A stretch of DNA of 64,000 nt from NCBI RefSeq assembly GCF_021290925.1, contig NZ_JAJSLX010000002.1, positions 1,110,235-1,174,234 of the forward strand, given 5' to 3'. The stretch comes from Sessilibacter corallicola. Its GTDB lineage: Bacteria; Pseudomonadota; Gammaproteobacteria; Pseudomonadales; Cellvibrionaceae. The position numbers and the translations under genes are program-made. Position 1 is the first letter of the stretch. Every line of letters begins with the position of its first letter. Positions 49,811-60,700 of this stretch are shown here, piece by piece. The notes under the pieces were generated by a model. That model was not told the origin of the DNA, did not search any database, and saw only the letters and a list, made by a program, of their open reading frames with translations.

Positions 49811-51538
49811 CTAAATATTATTAAGCGGTTCGAGCGCAACCTGGTTTTTCGACTGTTGCTCTTGTTTAGAAAGCCGTTCGAGTTCTTGGATTAATGGCTC
49901 AAAACTGTTTATTTTAATCTCGGCATCGCTGAACAGGGATTTGTCCAAATCATCAAGCACGCGTTTAGCGTCATCGTCGATCAACAGATGTCGAATGCGA
50001 GCAAGGTTGTAGGGGCCGTGCGACCATTTTGCTTTTGTCCAAGTGATTAAGCCGTTGCGAATCGATTCGATATTGCCGGTTTTGGTAATCATTACAAATT
50101 GCGCTAATGCTTGTTTGGCAGAAGGCGTTTGTTTTTCTGGCTGAGCAGCGCTTGCTGTATTTGCGTGGCTGGGTTTGTATCGAGTAAACCAAAGCAGCGC
50201 GAAAAATAACGCGATTAAGGCGGTAATGACGTTACTGGCAATCAACCAAATGTTATTGCTTGAGGTTTGGGTTTCTGGGAGCAGTTGCTCGGCGTTGGTG
50301 TTTGAATCGAGCGCCACCGGATTATTTTGCGGCAAATCATTGTTTGTGGTGTTGTCGTTGACCACGTCACCGATCACGGTCATGGTTTTCGACGGCAATA
50401 TTGCCGTTTCTTGTTGGTCGTCTTCCGTGTTCCACCAAGTCACTTTAACTTCGGGCAGTGTGAATGTGCCCGGTTGCGTGGCAACAATGGCTTGACTTTG
50501 ACTCAGTGTGGTCAGAATACCGTTTTCGCTTTTATCTTCGTCGTCTTTAATCGGTTCTGGGTACTGGTTAATGGCGTCGGGGTATTGAATGGATAACTCG
50601 GGCAATTGCGAGCTGGATAATCCGTCGACCGAGACAATAATCGATCGGGTGATGGGTTCGCCTAATTTTACCGAGCTTATGTCCGTTCCCCAGCTGTCGG
50701 TGAGCGTGATTTGTTTTGCTGGTAGCCACGTATTACCGGTGTACGACGCTGGACGCGGCTTAACCTCTATGGATTGCGGATCGGCCACTAAGCGGCGTAA
50801 ATTCGAGCGGCGAGAGTGGCCAAAAAACGGTGATCGAGAACCAATACTGACATCAAAAACTTGTCTCGGAATTACCAGTCTTCCCGATTGCTGCGGATAA
50901 ATGGCGTAAACCCATTCGAGAAAGGCGAATTCTTTGTTGCCAATGCGGCGCTGGTAGCGCTGCTCACTGACGAGTTCGACTTTGGTGTTTTCCAGGGAAA
51001 TATCTTGCATGCCCGGATTGGAAATTGGCAGGGAAGTGCCTAGGCGAATGGTGTAAAGAATTTGTTGCTGCACGTAAACGGAACTGGAATCGACTTCGCT
51101 TTCGACAAAAATGTCGTTCACTTGTCCGCTGGATAAATTGGTTTGCGAGGCATTTTCGACGTTAATTTCAATCGGTGTTGTAAATTCTCCCCGCGATTCA
51201 AACGATGGAATCAGTAAGGTGCCGGCTTTTTTGGGAATAATCACAATATTCCATTCTATCCAGCTCTCTTCGCGACCGTTGATGTTTCGGTACTGTTTGG
51301 TTCCTGTGTTTGAGACAATCTCGAAGTTTTTTTCGAGGTTCGTTAAATCCGGGCGCGGGGTATCGTGCGGTCCCTGTTGGCGGATTTTTAGGGTCAGAGT
51401 TTCTTCGGTGGTTACGTTTTTTCTGTCGACGCTGGCACTGACATTTTGTGCTTGGCTATGGATGGCAAACAGAGTCGTAGAACATAACAAGAGGAAACAG
51501 AACCAAGAGTGTTTGATTCTCACATTTTTTAACATCAT
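49811..51538 (-). CDS. batD: BatD-like aerotolerance operon protein
   Basis: 575 aa with an N-terminal signal, beta-rich periplasmic region, C-terminal TM and a cytoplasmic tail. Last gene of the MoxR-DUF58-BatA-BatB cluster. Confidence 0.65.
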   Translation of the reverse strand: MMLKNVRIKHSWFCFLLLCSTTLFAIHSQAQNVSASVDRKNVTTEETLTLKIRQQGPHDTPRPDLTNLEKNFEIVSNTGTKQYRNINGREESWIEWNIVIIPKKAGTLLIPSFESRGEFTTPIEINVENASQTNLSSGQVNDIFVESEVDSSSVYVQQQILYTIRLGTSLPISNPGMQDISLENTKVELVSEQRYQRRIGNKEFAFLEWVYAIYPQQSGRLVIPRQVFDVSIGSRSPFFGHSRRSNLRRLVADPQSIEVKPRPASYTGNTWLPAKQITLTDSWGTDISSVKLGEPITRSIIVSVDGLSSSQLPELSIQYPDAINQYPEPIKDDEDKSENGILTTLSQSQAIVATQPGTFTLPEVKVTWWNTEDDQQETAILPSKTMTVIGDVVNDNTTNNDLPQNNPVALDSNTNAEQLLPETQTSSNNIWLIASNVITALIALFFALLWFTRYKPSHANTASAAQPEKQTPSAKQALAQFVMITKTGNIESIRNGLITWTKAKWSHGPYNLARIRHLLIDDDAKRVLDDLDKSLFSDAEIKINSFEPLIQELERLSKQEQQSKNQVALEPLNNI

Positions 51539-51639
51539 ATCTAACGCTTACGTTTTATTTTTTGTTCAATCAGTTTGCCGTTTCTGGCAAAAACACGGTT
51601 TAATCGGAGCCAATCTTTGTTTGCCAAGCTCGACCATTA

Positions 51640-53508
51640 CTAAAGTCGAGACGCCGCATTATTGCTTGGCAAACTCCATTGGCCCGAGCGATATTCCTGT
51701 CGGCGCTGGCGGTACTCGTGTTGGAATTTTCTGCGCAACAAGCCTGCCGGATCATCGGGCACTTGTTTTAACCACTGTTCCAACGCTTGCTGTTCTTCAT
51801 CGGTTAAATCCGATTCCTGTAGCTGAGCGGTTTGTTGCTGTTCTTGAGTTTCACCGTCTTGCTCAGAATTCTGAGAATCTTCAGCGACTTCTTGTTCAGA
51901 TTGTTCCTGTGATGATTCTTCGCCGTCTTTCTGCTCGTCTTTGGAGTCTTGGTCTTGTTGCTGTGCGTCTTGCTCTTGCTGGGACTGATCGTTGTCGGCG
52001 AAATCCTGGGAATCTTGGGATTGATCACCGTTTTGTTGATCGGACTGGCTGTTTTGTTGCTGGGATTGGTCTTGCTGCTGATCTTGGTCGGATTGCTCGT
52101 CGGAATTTTGCTGCTGCTGATTTTGTTGTTGCTGTTGCTGCTCTTTCAGCTGCTCGACGATGGATTTGTTTTCTTCGGCGACTTTTAATTCTGGGTTTAA
52201 ATTCAGTGCTTGATCGTAGGCTGCAATGGCTTCGTCAAGCTTGCCTGATTTAGCCAAGGCGTTGCCGCGATTGTAGTAGGCGCTGGCGGTTTCGCCGGAG
52301 AAAAGCTCGCTCGCGGCTTCAAAATTGCCGTCTTTGTATTGCGCGGTTGCTTTCCACTGTGAATCTTCAAACACATTGGCGGCTTCGGCGTTTTTACCGT
52401 CTTCAAATAGCTCGTAGGCTTGTTGATCTTTGGTTTTCCACAAATCTTGCCATTCAAGGGCGGAGGCGTCGTTTACCGTGAATACGCTGGTTGTGGTGAC
52501 CAACACCATTGGAATCAACCAGCCTCGGCGAAACGCCAAGGCAACAAAGGGCAACAACATCAGCACCAACCAGGGTCCGGCTTCGGACCAGGAATCAAAT
52601 TGGCGGTCGTTCTGTGATTCGGCGTCAAAGGGAGTATCACCGGTTTGGTTATCGAACATTTGCGTCAAATAGTCCACGTCGCGATTGTTAAGGCTCAATT
52701 GAGCGTATCGACCGTTATTGTCTCGGGCCAAATTGGCCAATAGGTCGAAATCGGTTCTGTCTATAATGATATCGCCGCTGGCCGATCGAGCAAATTCATT
52801 GCCCCTTGGCACTGGCGCACCTTGTTCACTGCCTATGGCTAAGACCGATAATCTGTGATTGGTTCCAGTTAAAAAGTTCTTCACCGTCTGAGCGGCCAAT
52901 GGCACCACGCCATCGGTCACCAGCAATATGTCGCCAGAGGCAATGCCGGAGTCATTAAAGACTTCCAGCGCTTGTTCAATGGCCATTTCGGTATTGCTGC
53001 CTGGTACGGGCATTAATTCTGGCACCAGGGCATCCAGTTGGCTGATGATGGTTTCGGTGTCGTCAGACAGCGGTGTAACAACGTAGGCTTCGCCCGCGTA
53101 GACAATCAAGCCGGTTTGGCCTTCTTTGCGTTTGTTGAGCAAATCGATCAGTTTAAAGCGCGATCGATCTAACCGGCTGGGCTTCACGTCTTCGGCGCGC
53201 ATAGACGGGGATAAATCCCACAAAATCAAAAGAGAGTGCTCTTTTTTTAACGTCGGTTGAGGCAGCTTTTCCCAGGTGGGGCCGGCGGCGGCAATCACTA
53301 ACAACGACCAGAGTGCACCAATGGCTACGATTGGCCAGCGGCGTGCGGATTGATTGGGTTGATCGATCAGGTGTTTTAATAATTCGGGGTTAATCAGACC
53401 TTGCCAACTGTTTTGACTGCCTAAATGGCGCAACAATAGGTAAGTAATCACTGCCAGCGGAATCAGGGCCAGTAAATACTCGGGTCTTAGAAAGTGAAAC
53501 TCATTCAT
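51640..53508 (-). CDS. batB: BatB-like VWA protein fused to BatC-like TPR region with a long acidic Gln/Asp/Glu/Ser-rich C-terminal tail
   Basis: N-terminal TMs, then a VWA domain (…LLILWDLSPSM…), then TPR repeats (…AYYNRGNALAKSGKLDEAIAAYDQALNLNP…), then a ~150-aa low-complexity tail encoded by CAA/CAG-rich DNA. Confidence 0.65.
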   Translation of the reverse strand: MNEFHFLRPEYLLALIPLAVITYLLLRHLGSQNSWQGLINPELLKHLIDQPNQSARRWPIVAIGALWSLLVIAAAGPTWEKLPQPTLKKEHSLLILWDLSPSMRAEDVKPSRLDRSRFKLIDLLNKRKEGQTGLIVYAGEAYVVTPLSDDTETIISQLDALVPELMPVPGSNTEMAIEQALEVFNDSGIASGDILLVTDGVVPLAAQTVKNFLTGTNHRLSVLAIGSEQGAPVPRGNEFARSASGDIIIDRTDFDLLANLARDNNGRYAQLSLNNRDVDYLTQMFDNQTGDTPFDAESQNDRQFDSWSEAGPWLVLMLLPFVALAFRRGWLIPMVLVTTTSVFTVNDASALEWQDLWKTKDQQAYELFEDGKNAEAANVFEDSQWKATAQYKDGNFEAASELFSGETASAYYNRGNALAKSGKLDEAIAAYDQALNLNPELKVAEENKSIVEQLKEQQQQQQNQQQQNSDEQSDQDQQQDQSQQQNSQSDQQNGDQSQDSQDFADNDQSQQEQDAQQQDQDSKDEQKDGEESSQEQSEQEVAEDSQNSEQDGETQEQQQTAQLQESDLTDEEQQALEQWLKQVPDDPAGLLRRKFQHEYRQRRQEYRSGQWSLPSNNAASRL

Positions 53509-53526
53509 AGAACTAACAGCAGTCTC

Positions 53527-54543
53527 TTAGTCTGATTTTTGTGACGTTAATCCGGGCGAACGCACCAGCAATAGAATCGCCCAACACACACTTAGCAGAA
53601 TTCCCGCCAGCAACGGCCAATAGAACAAGGTTTGAATTGGGCGAAAGGTTTCTGGGTCTTGTTCGATTGGCTCAAGCTCGTCGAGCTTGTGGTAAATCTC
53701 AAACAGCTCATCGGGGTTTCTGGCACGGAAATACTGTCCGCCAGTGAGATCTGCGATTTGAGTTAGGGTGTCTTCGTCGAGATCTCGCGACGGGTTAAAG
53801 CTGCGTCCACGCGGGTCGAAAAACTGTCGCGATTGCAGTTCATCGGCGCCGACGCCAACGGTATAAATTTTTACTTTTGCTTGCTGAGCAAGCTCAGCCG
53901 CTTGCAGCGGAGCGACCGCACCAGCGGTATTGGCGCCATCGGTTAGTAAAATAACCACGCGGGACGATTCCGGGCGGTCTTGTAAACGTTTGATGGCAAG
54001 GCCAATGGCTTCACCAATGGCGGTTTTTTCACCGGCAAATCCCAACTGCGCTTCTTGCAGTAGGGTATTGACCGTGGTTCGGTCAAAGGTCAGCGGCGCT
54101 TGCAGGTAGGCGTTGGTGCCGAACAGTATGAGCCCCAATCGATCTTGGGCTCGACGCTCGACGAATTGACCCACCACGTACTTAACCACCGTGAGACGAT
54201 CAATGTTTTGGCCGCCTGTACGCATATCGCGAGTATCCATACTGCCCGAAATATCCACCGCAAGCAGTAAGTCGCGACCGGATGAGGGCAGATCAACAGG
54301 TTCGCCCACCCATTGGGGGCGCGCGGCAGAAGCGACCAGACACAGCCAAATCAGTGATAGAGCCACCAGCTTGACCCAGCTGAGTGCTATTTCTTGCTTT
54401 TGAGATTGAACCAGCGGTGCCACGGATGAAAAGAACGGAACCAGCAGCGCCGATTGCTGCTTTTCATGGCGCGGAAAAATCAATCGTATTACCAGCGGCA
54501 ATGGCAACAACAGAAATACCCAAAGCCAAGCGAATTCAAGCAT
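53527..54543 (-). CDS. batA: BatA-like VWA-domain membrane protein
   Basis: 338 aa with N-terminal TMs and a VWA MIDAS motif (LLLAVDISGSM). Confidence 0.75.
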   Translation of the reverse strand: MLEFAWLWVFLLLPLPLVIRLIFPRHEKQQSALLVPFFSSVAPLVQSQKQEIALSWVKLVALSLIWLCLVASAARPQWVGEPVDLPSSGRDLLLAVDISGSMDTRDMRTGGQNIDRLTVVKYVVGQFVERRAQDRLGLILFGTNAYLQAPLTFDRTTVNTLLQEAQLGFAGEKTAIGEAIGLAIKRLQDRPESSRVVILLTDGANTAGAVAPLQAAELAQQAKVKIYTVGVGADELQSRQFFDPRGRSFNPSRDLDEDTLTQIADLTGGQYFRARNPDELFEIYHKLDELEPIEQDPETFRPIQTLFYWPLLAGILLSVCWAILLLVRSPGLTSQKSD

Positions 54544-55096
54544 TGACGATTCCTTCTTGCGTGGATTGATCCGAAAGCTCAGGGTTGTAGGTGTTTATAA
54601 ACCGCTGACACTGACTGACAAGATCGCCTAGAGGCTGGTTGAATTGAGCGTTGTTACGATATTGGTCGTGGGCCAGCATGTGCGCGAAGCTCTCTTCCAC
54701 GCCGCCATTTTCCATTAAAAAGTGCTGCCATTGGTTGCCATAAAGATTGGCGACTTTTTTTCTTCCCGATACGGTAATGACGTAGCGTTTAAGCAATTCG
54801 TTAAGGTGGCGCAAAACATCGACTGAGATGGCTTCATTTTTATTGGCCGTGTGCCAATTGTTGAGTTCTTTGAGCGCCAGTTTTTTAAATCGATTTTTAA
54901 ATTGTTGTTTTTTCCAGACAAGCAAAACAATCACTGCAATGGCAATGACAGCGAGTGCCACCAAAAACCATCCCGGCGCTAGCGAATAGCTGTACAACTG
55001 CTCGGGCAGAATAATGTCGTTGAGCTGCGGAATAGGATCAGCGTTTCCGTCTGCGGGCGCCTGAGCCTGAATGCCGTTTGGAAGTAATGAATTCAT
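54536..55096 (-). CDS. DUF4381-like small membrane protein of the Bat/MoxR operon
   Basis: 186 aa with a single TM (WFLVALAVIAIAVIVLLVW). Position between DUF58 and BatA. Confidence 0.55.
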   Translation of the reverse strand: MNSLLPNGIQAQAPADGNADPIPQLNDIILPEQLYSYSLAPGWFLVALAVIAIAVIVLLVWKKQQFKNRFKKLALKELNNWHTANKNEAISVDVLRHLNELLKRYVITVSGRKKVANLYGNQWQHFLMENGGVEESFAHMLAHDQYRNNAQFNQPLGDLVSQCQRFINTYNPELSDQSTQEGIVNA

Positions 55097-55192
55097 AGCC
55101 GATAAAGTTTCATATCTAAATTTTTATTGCCGATGTTTTTTTGGTTATTGCTTGTTACCAGTACTTTTCTTTTACCAGCATTTGCCAATTAA

Positions 55193-56155
55193 TCACGACT
55201 TTTTCTTCTTTTTGCTCGCGTTGGTTTTTCCCTTGCCGTAAATTGCACGAATTAAATTTGATGGTTCGTTCAAAGTGTTGGCTATAATTAAGGGAATCAG
55301 GCGTTTATTCGCGAAGCTCTGTAATTTGTTTTCTTTTTCCTGAAATTGTTCACGAAAGGTTTGGTTGAAGGATTTATTGTGACCGCTGAGTTTCAGTCTT
55401 TTTTTGCCGTCACTGATCATCAATTCTTCTTCGGGCAGCTGGGTTTCTAGCTGATCAAAAACATGAAATAAATTCACGTCGCAGTGGCGACACATCAACG
55501 CTAATTGTTTTTCGCATTCGTCGGTAAAGTCGTGGAAATCACTGATGATAAGAACGGACGTTCCAGGTTTGGCAATGCGGTGGGCTTCCATCACCATTTG
55601 CTCTAGGGATTGCTGTTTGTCGCTGGCGACCGGTGAGGTTAACTGCTCGTTGAATTCAATTAAGCGATGCACCAACTCCATTTGCGCGTGTTTGCCTCGC
55701 CGGGGTCGCACATCGCATTGTTTTTCATCGCCAAAAATCAACGCTCCAATACGGTCGTTTTGGTTGAGGGCCATCCAGCCGAGCATGGCGGCAAGGTGGG
55801 TTGCGTAAACCGACTTAAAACAGGTGCGACTGCCGAAAAACATATTTGCCCGTTGATCCACAATCAACACCACCGGGCGTTCACGTTCTTCTTTGAAGAG
55901 TTTTGTATAAGGCACTTGCGTGCGAGCGGTAACGCGCCAGTCGATGGTTCGAATGTCGTCGCCGGGTTGGTAGATTCGAACTTCTTCGAATTCCATTCCG
56001 CGGCCCTTAAACTGCGTGCGTAAAGGACCATTAATCACGCCCGCCGAAGGGCGCGTTATTTTAAGCGTTAGATTTGATACTAAGAACCGGGTTTTTAGTA
56101 AATCTTGTAACTTTGAGTAGGCTCCGCGAGGAGCCAGTTCTTCATTTAAACTCAA
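55193..56155 (-). CDS. DUF58-family protein (MoxR-associated, VWA-like)
   Basis: 320 aa with the motif …DDIRTIDWRVTART…VVLIVDQRANMFFGS…, typical of DUF58. Confidence 0.75.
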   Translation of the reverse strand: MSLNEELAPRGAYSKLQDLLKTRFLVSNLTLKITRPSAGVINGPLRTQFKGRGMEFEEVRIYQPGDDIRTIDWRVTARTQVPYTKLFKEERERPVVLIVDQRANMFFGSRTCFKSVYATHLAAMLGWMALNQNDRIGALIFGDEKQCDVRPRRGKHAQMELVHRLIEFNEQLTSPVASDKQQSLEQMVMEAHRIAKPGTSVLIISDFHDFTDECEKQLALMCRHCDVNLFHVFDQLETQLPEEELMISDGKKRLKLSGHNKSFNQTFREQFQEKENKLQSFANKRLIPLIIANTLNEPSNLIRAIYGKGKTNASKKKKKS

Positions 56156-56240
56156 GACTCAGCCACTTATGTAAATTTCGAAATCGCACGACGGCGGTGT
56201 TAAACAAGTAAGTGTTAAACAAGTAACAGCATTAACTTGA

Positions 56241-57200
56241 TTAGCTAACCGCGACTAACTCTAAAAGATGATCAATTACTTCGTCTGGGGTAATGCCACT
56301 GGCTTCCGATTCAAAGCTTAAAATGAGGCGGTGACGAAATACGTCGTGAATGACGGCTTGGACGTCTTCTGGGCTGATGTAATCTCGCGAATTTAACCAG
56401 GCATTTGCTCGCGCACAGCGATCTAATGCAATTGTACCGCGCGGGCTTACGCCGTATTCAATCCAGCGCGCTAAATCCATATCGATGGTATCGGGTTTAC
56501 GCGTTGCGCAGGTAAGATTGACGATGTAATCCTCAATGCTGTCGGCCATGTGAATTTGCAGAACTTCTTCACGGGCTTTAAACAATTCCGCCTGGGTAAT
56601 TGGCGTTGGTTGTTTCATTTCATCGTTGCGCGCTTCTTGGCGGGCGAGCCTCAAAATTTCTTTTTCGGCGCTGGCGCTTGGGTAGTCGACGCCAACGTGT
56701 AACAAGAAGCGGTCTAATTGTGCCTCGGGAAGAGGATAAGTACCTTCTTGTTCCACCGGGTTTTGGGTTGCCATAACCAAAAATAGCTCCGGCAATGGAT
56801 AGGTGGATTTGCCAACACTCACCTGGCGCTCGGCCATGGCTTCCAGTAAAGACGACTGAACTTTGGCCGGCGCACGGTTGATTTCATCGGCGAGCACAAG
56901 GTTGTGAAAAATAGGCCCTGCCTGGAATTCAAAGGTTCCGTTCTCAGGTCGATAAATATCGGTACCGGTCACATCCGAAGGTAATAAATCAGGCGTAAAC
57001 TGTACGCGATGGAAACTTGCTTCTAGACCATCAGAGAGTGTTTTAATAGCCTTTGTTTTTGCAAGTCCTGGGGCTCCTTCAACTAATAAGTGGCCGTCGG
57101 CCAGCAGTGCGATCAATAATCGATCAATTAGATGGGGCTGGCCAACAATTGTTTCATTAAGCCAGTCTCGTAATGATAAAATTGCATTTTGCTTTGACAT
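56241..57200 (-). CDS. MoxR-family AAA+ ATPase
   Basis: 319 aa with Walker A (GAPGLAKT), Walker B LADEINRA, and the sensor-2/arginine region. Confidence 0.85.
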   Translation of the reverse strand: MSKQNAILSLRDWLNETIVGQPHLIDRLLIALLADGHLLVEGAPGLAKTKAIKTLSDGLEASFHRVQFTPDLLPSDVTGTDIYRPENGTFEFQAGPIFHNLVLADEINRAPAKVQSSLLEAMAERQVSVGKSTYPLPELFLVMATQNPVEQEGTYPLPEAQLDRFLLHVGVDYPSASAEKEILRLARQEARNDEMKQPTPITQAELFKAREEVLQIHMADSIEDYIVNLTCATRKPDTIDMDLARWIEYGVSPRGTIALDRCARANAWLNSRDYISPEDVQAVIHDVFRHRLILSFESEASGITPDEVIDHLLELVAVS

Positions 57201-57470
57201 AAAAACTGCTTACCACGTTGAACACTCTGAGCATTATTGCTGTCTTGATTAGCGAAATGATGAATTATAATTTCGCAATTAAGAACCATAAAAATTAGTT
57301 TGGTAGAATATTATAACAATACAGTGTCTAATCGAGGACTCTTGTTCTCAGCGAAAGTTCTGGTTTTGCGTATTACCTGCAAAAGCAAACAGTATCATTT
57401 CTGGTCAAAACCATACTTTCGTGCTTGCGCCTTACGAAATTATTCGCCTGTACTATCATTTCAATATAAA

Positions 57471-57747
57471 GGAGCCTCTGATTAACCTCAAAATTACTCA
57501 GCGTGATCTCAAGCGTGCAGTTGCAAGGCGACGCTTGAAATTAATGGCCTTAGTCCTTAATAAAAGCGGTAACGCCGCAAATGTGCGCTTGAGAACACGT
57601 CCTTCGGAGCCTTCCAGTTTTTTCCTGCTCTGCGTTGTGCTTTTTCGATTTAACCCGTTAGACCTTCAAAAGCACGCCTTAATCAGAAAAAAACTGATTG
57701 GCCTGAGTGATCTTGAGGTTAACCAGAGGCTCCTAAATACCCATTTT
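57471..57747. repeat. ~277-bp element bounded by a 22-bp inverted repeat (GGAGCCTCTGATTAACCTCAA … TTGAGGTTAACCAGAGGCTCC) upstream of the NAD-GDH gene; candidate MITE or structured leader
   Basis: Terminal IR read directly. Internal hairpins (TCAAGCGT…ACGCTTGA) and a recurring CGCTTGA motif. Flanked by TAAA-like sequence on both sides. Confidence 0.6.
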
Positions 57748-57781
57748 TCTTATAAATGGACAATCAAATAAATGACCTTAC

Positions 57782-60700
57782 ATGGAATCCCATGTATTTG
57801 CTTATGAGGTGTTTGTGGAAATAAACACGGTGATGACCGAATCAACAGACCATTTTTTAGATCGCCTAAGCCAAAACATAAAAGACGAACTGCCGGATTT
57901 AGAACACGCCCGATTAGAAAAATTTTCAAAGCTTTACTTTAATCGGTTTCCGTTAAACGAAATTCAAGGACGTTCCTATAAAGATATGTACGGTTTTCTC
58001 GCCAGTTGGTGGAAAATCATGCAGAAATTCAAGCCCGGTCAGAGTGAAGTTTACGTCTATAACCCAAATTTAGAAGAGCACAGTTGGCTTTGTGGTCATT
58101 CGGTGATTCAGGTTCGCATTGTCGATATGCCGTTTTTAACGGACTCCATACGTTTGGAGCTGAACCGAAGAAATATATTAGTACACTTTTTAAAGAGCCA
58201 AGTGATTCAATCGGTTCGCGATGATAAAGGGCAGTTGGTCGATGTTCTCGACCGAAACGCAGAAGTGGGCACGCTTTCGAGTAAGCATCACGTTCAACGC
58301 GAAGCCTTGGTGTATTTTGAAATAAACCTTCACACTGATCGCAGTGAATTGTCGGCGTTACGGGATTCAATTGTTGCGATCATTCGCGAACTGCAAGCGG
58401 TAGTTACCGATTACAAGCCGATGTGCGACGAAGTTTTTAAAGCAAAAAGCAATCTCGATTTTGCCTTGAAAAACAAAACAGCAAACTCTGCCGCTATTAA
58501 AGAATCTCAGGCGTTTTTGGAATGGCTCAGTGAAGGACACTTTACCTTTTTAGGGTACAGCGAATTCGAAATTGCTAAAGAAGGCAACAAAAACGATTCA
58601 GAAATGGTGTTGAAAGAAATAACGGATAACCGAAAGGGTATTTTTGCTATTTCTAATACAAAGGTTGATCCGTTGCCGCTGTCGAAGTTTAACTCCGGCA
58701 TGGAGACCTTTTATCAATCTTCCGACTGTATTGCGTTTACTAAATCCAGTTCACGATCACGCGTGCACCGCGGCGTTTATTCCGACTATGTGGTTGTTAA
58801 GCGATTTAACAATAAAGGTGAGGTGTGCGGTGAAATTCGTTTTATTGGCTTGTACACCAGCACGGTTTACGACGATAAAGTTCGCGCCATTCCGCTGATT
58901 CGCGACAAAGCCAATGACGTTATTACCAAAACCGAAACTGACGAAAACTCTTACGAAGGCAAGGCGCTAATTCGCATTTTAGAAACCTTCCCTCGCGATG
59001 AGATGTTCCAAATTTCGAGCGAAGAATTACTGCGAGTTATCACTGACGTTGCGCAAATTAATGAACGTGCGCAAGTGCGCTTGTTTATGCGATCGGATCC
59101 TTACGGTAAATTCGTAAACTGCTTGGTCTACGTACCAAGGGATTTATTCAGCACTCAAGTGCGTGAGAAAATCCAAGAGCTCATTGCCTCAGAAATCGAC
59201 GCCGAAGAATGCGAGTTCAACACGCATTTTTCAGAATCCATTCTCGCTCGTGCGCATTTGGTTTTTAAAATCAAACCAAACACGACTGTGTCTTACGATG
59301 TAAAAAAACTCGAACAAAAAACTGTTGATATTACCCGCGGCTGGGATGAAAACTTCCTTACGGCACTGTCGGAAGCCATGGGCGAAGAGCGCGGCACAAA
59401 AGAGTATAAGATTTATAAAAATGCTTTCTCGGATGCGTATCGAGAATCTTACGACGCCCGCTCGGCAGTATCGGATATTGAAACCCTCAGCCATTTGAGC
59501 GACAGCAGTCCAGTGGCGATGAGTTTTTATCAGCCGCTAAATTCAAAACCCAATGAAATTCGCTTTAAGGTTTTCCACTGTGAAAAACCGTTGGAGCTGT
59601 CAACGGTGGTTCCTGTGCTCGAAAACTTGGGCTTGCGAGTTTTGGGCGAGTTTCCTTACGACATTGAACCGGCGGTTGGCAAAACTGTGTGGTTGCACGA
59701 TTTTAGTTTGGTGTTTGACGGCAATGGCGACATCGATGTTGGTTCTTCCAAACGTATATTCCAAGAAGCCTTTGAGGCTATTTGGCTCGGCAAGGCAGAA
59801 AACGACGCCTTTAATCGCCTGGTATTAGGCGCGCGGCTCAGTTGGCGTGAAGTGTCGATTATGCGTGCCTATGCGCGTTACATGAAGCAAACGGTGGTTA
59901 ATTTCGGCCAAAGTTACGTCGCTAATACTTTGGGCTCTCACGTTGATATTACGCGCAATTTAATTGCCTTGTTTAAAGGAAAATTCGATCCTCGAGTCAA
60001 TCAATTTACTAAGCAAGATGTCAGCCGAATTGAGCGGCTACAGACCAAAATTATCGACGCACTCGAAAACGTGGATAATTTAAATGACGACCGAATTGTG
60101 CGTCGTTACTTGGATTTAATTAAGGCAACGCTCAGAACCAATTACTACCAAAAAACCGCTGAGGGCGAGGAAAAAGAGTATATTTCCTTTAAATTGTCGC
60201 CTCGCGATATTCCCGACATTCCAGAGCCGCGGCCGCTGTATGAAATCTTTGTTTATTCGCCGCGAATGGAAGGTGTGCACTTGCGCGGTGGTCCGGTAGC
60301 GCGCGGCGGTTTGCGTTGGTCCGATCGATTGCAAGATTACCGCACCGAGGTTTTGGGTTTGGTTAAAGCTCAACAAGTTAAAAATGCGGTGATTGTACCC
60401 AACGGTGCTAAAGGTGGTTTCGTGGTAAAACAACCGCCAAAAGAGCCGACGCGACAAGCCATGCAAGCCGAGGCGATTAAGTGTTACAAAACCTTCATTA
60501 AAGGCTTGTTGGATATCACAGACAACATTGTCGGCGGTGAAACCGTTTCGCCCGCGCAAGTGGTCCGTCACGACGGCGATGACCCTTATCTCGTGGTCGC
60601 TGCCGATAAAGGCACGGCAACCTTCTCCGACATCGCAAACGAAATTTCCATTGAATACAAACACTGGTTGGGCGATGCATTTGCCTCCGGCGGTAGCCAA

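Noticed and set aside
51111-52253. 380-aa plus-strand ORF overlapping batD/batB
   Set aside because: Antisense to well-supported Bat genes. Leu-rich low-complexity product generated by the CAA/CAG-rich repeat on the coding strand.
57421-57771. 116-aa ORF upstream of gdh
   Set aside because: Coincides with the inverted-repeat-bounded element. Arg-rich product typical of translated structured DNA. No RBS.
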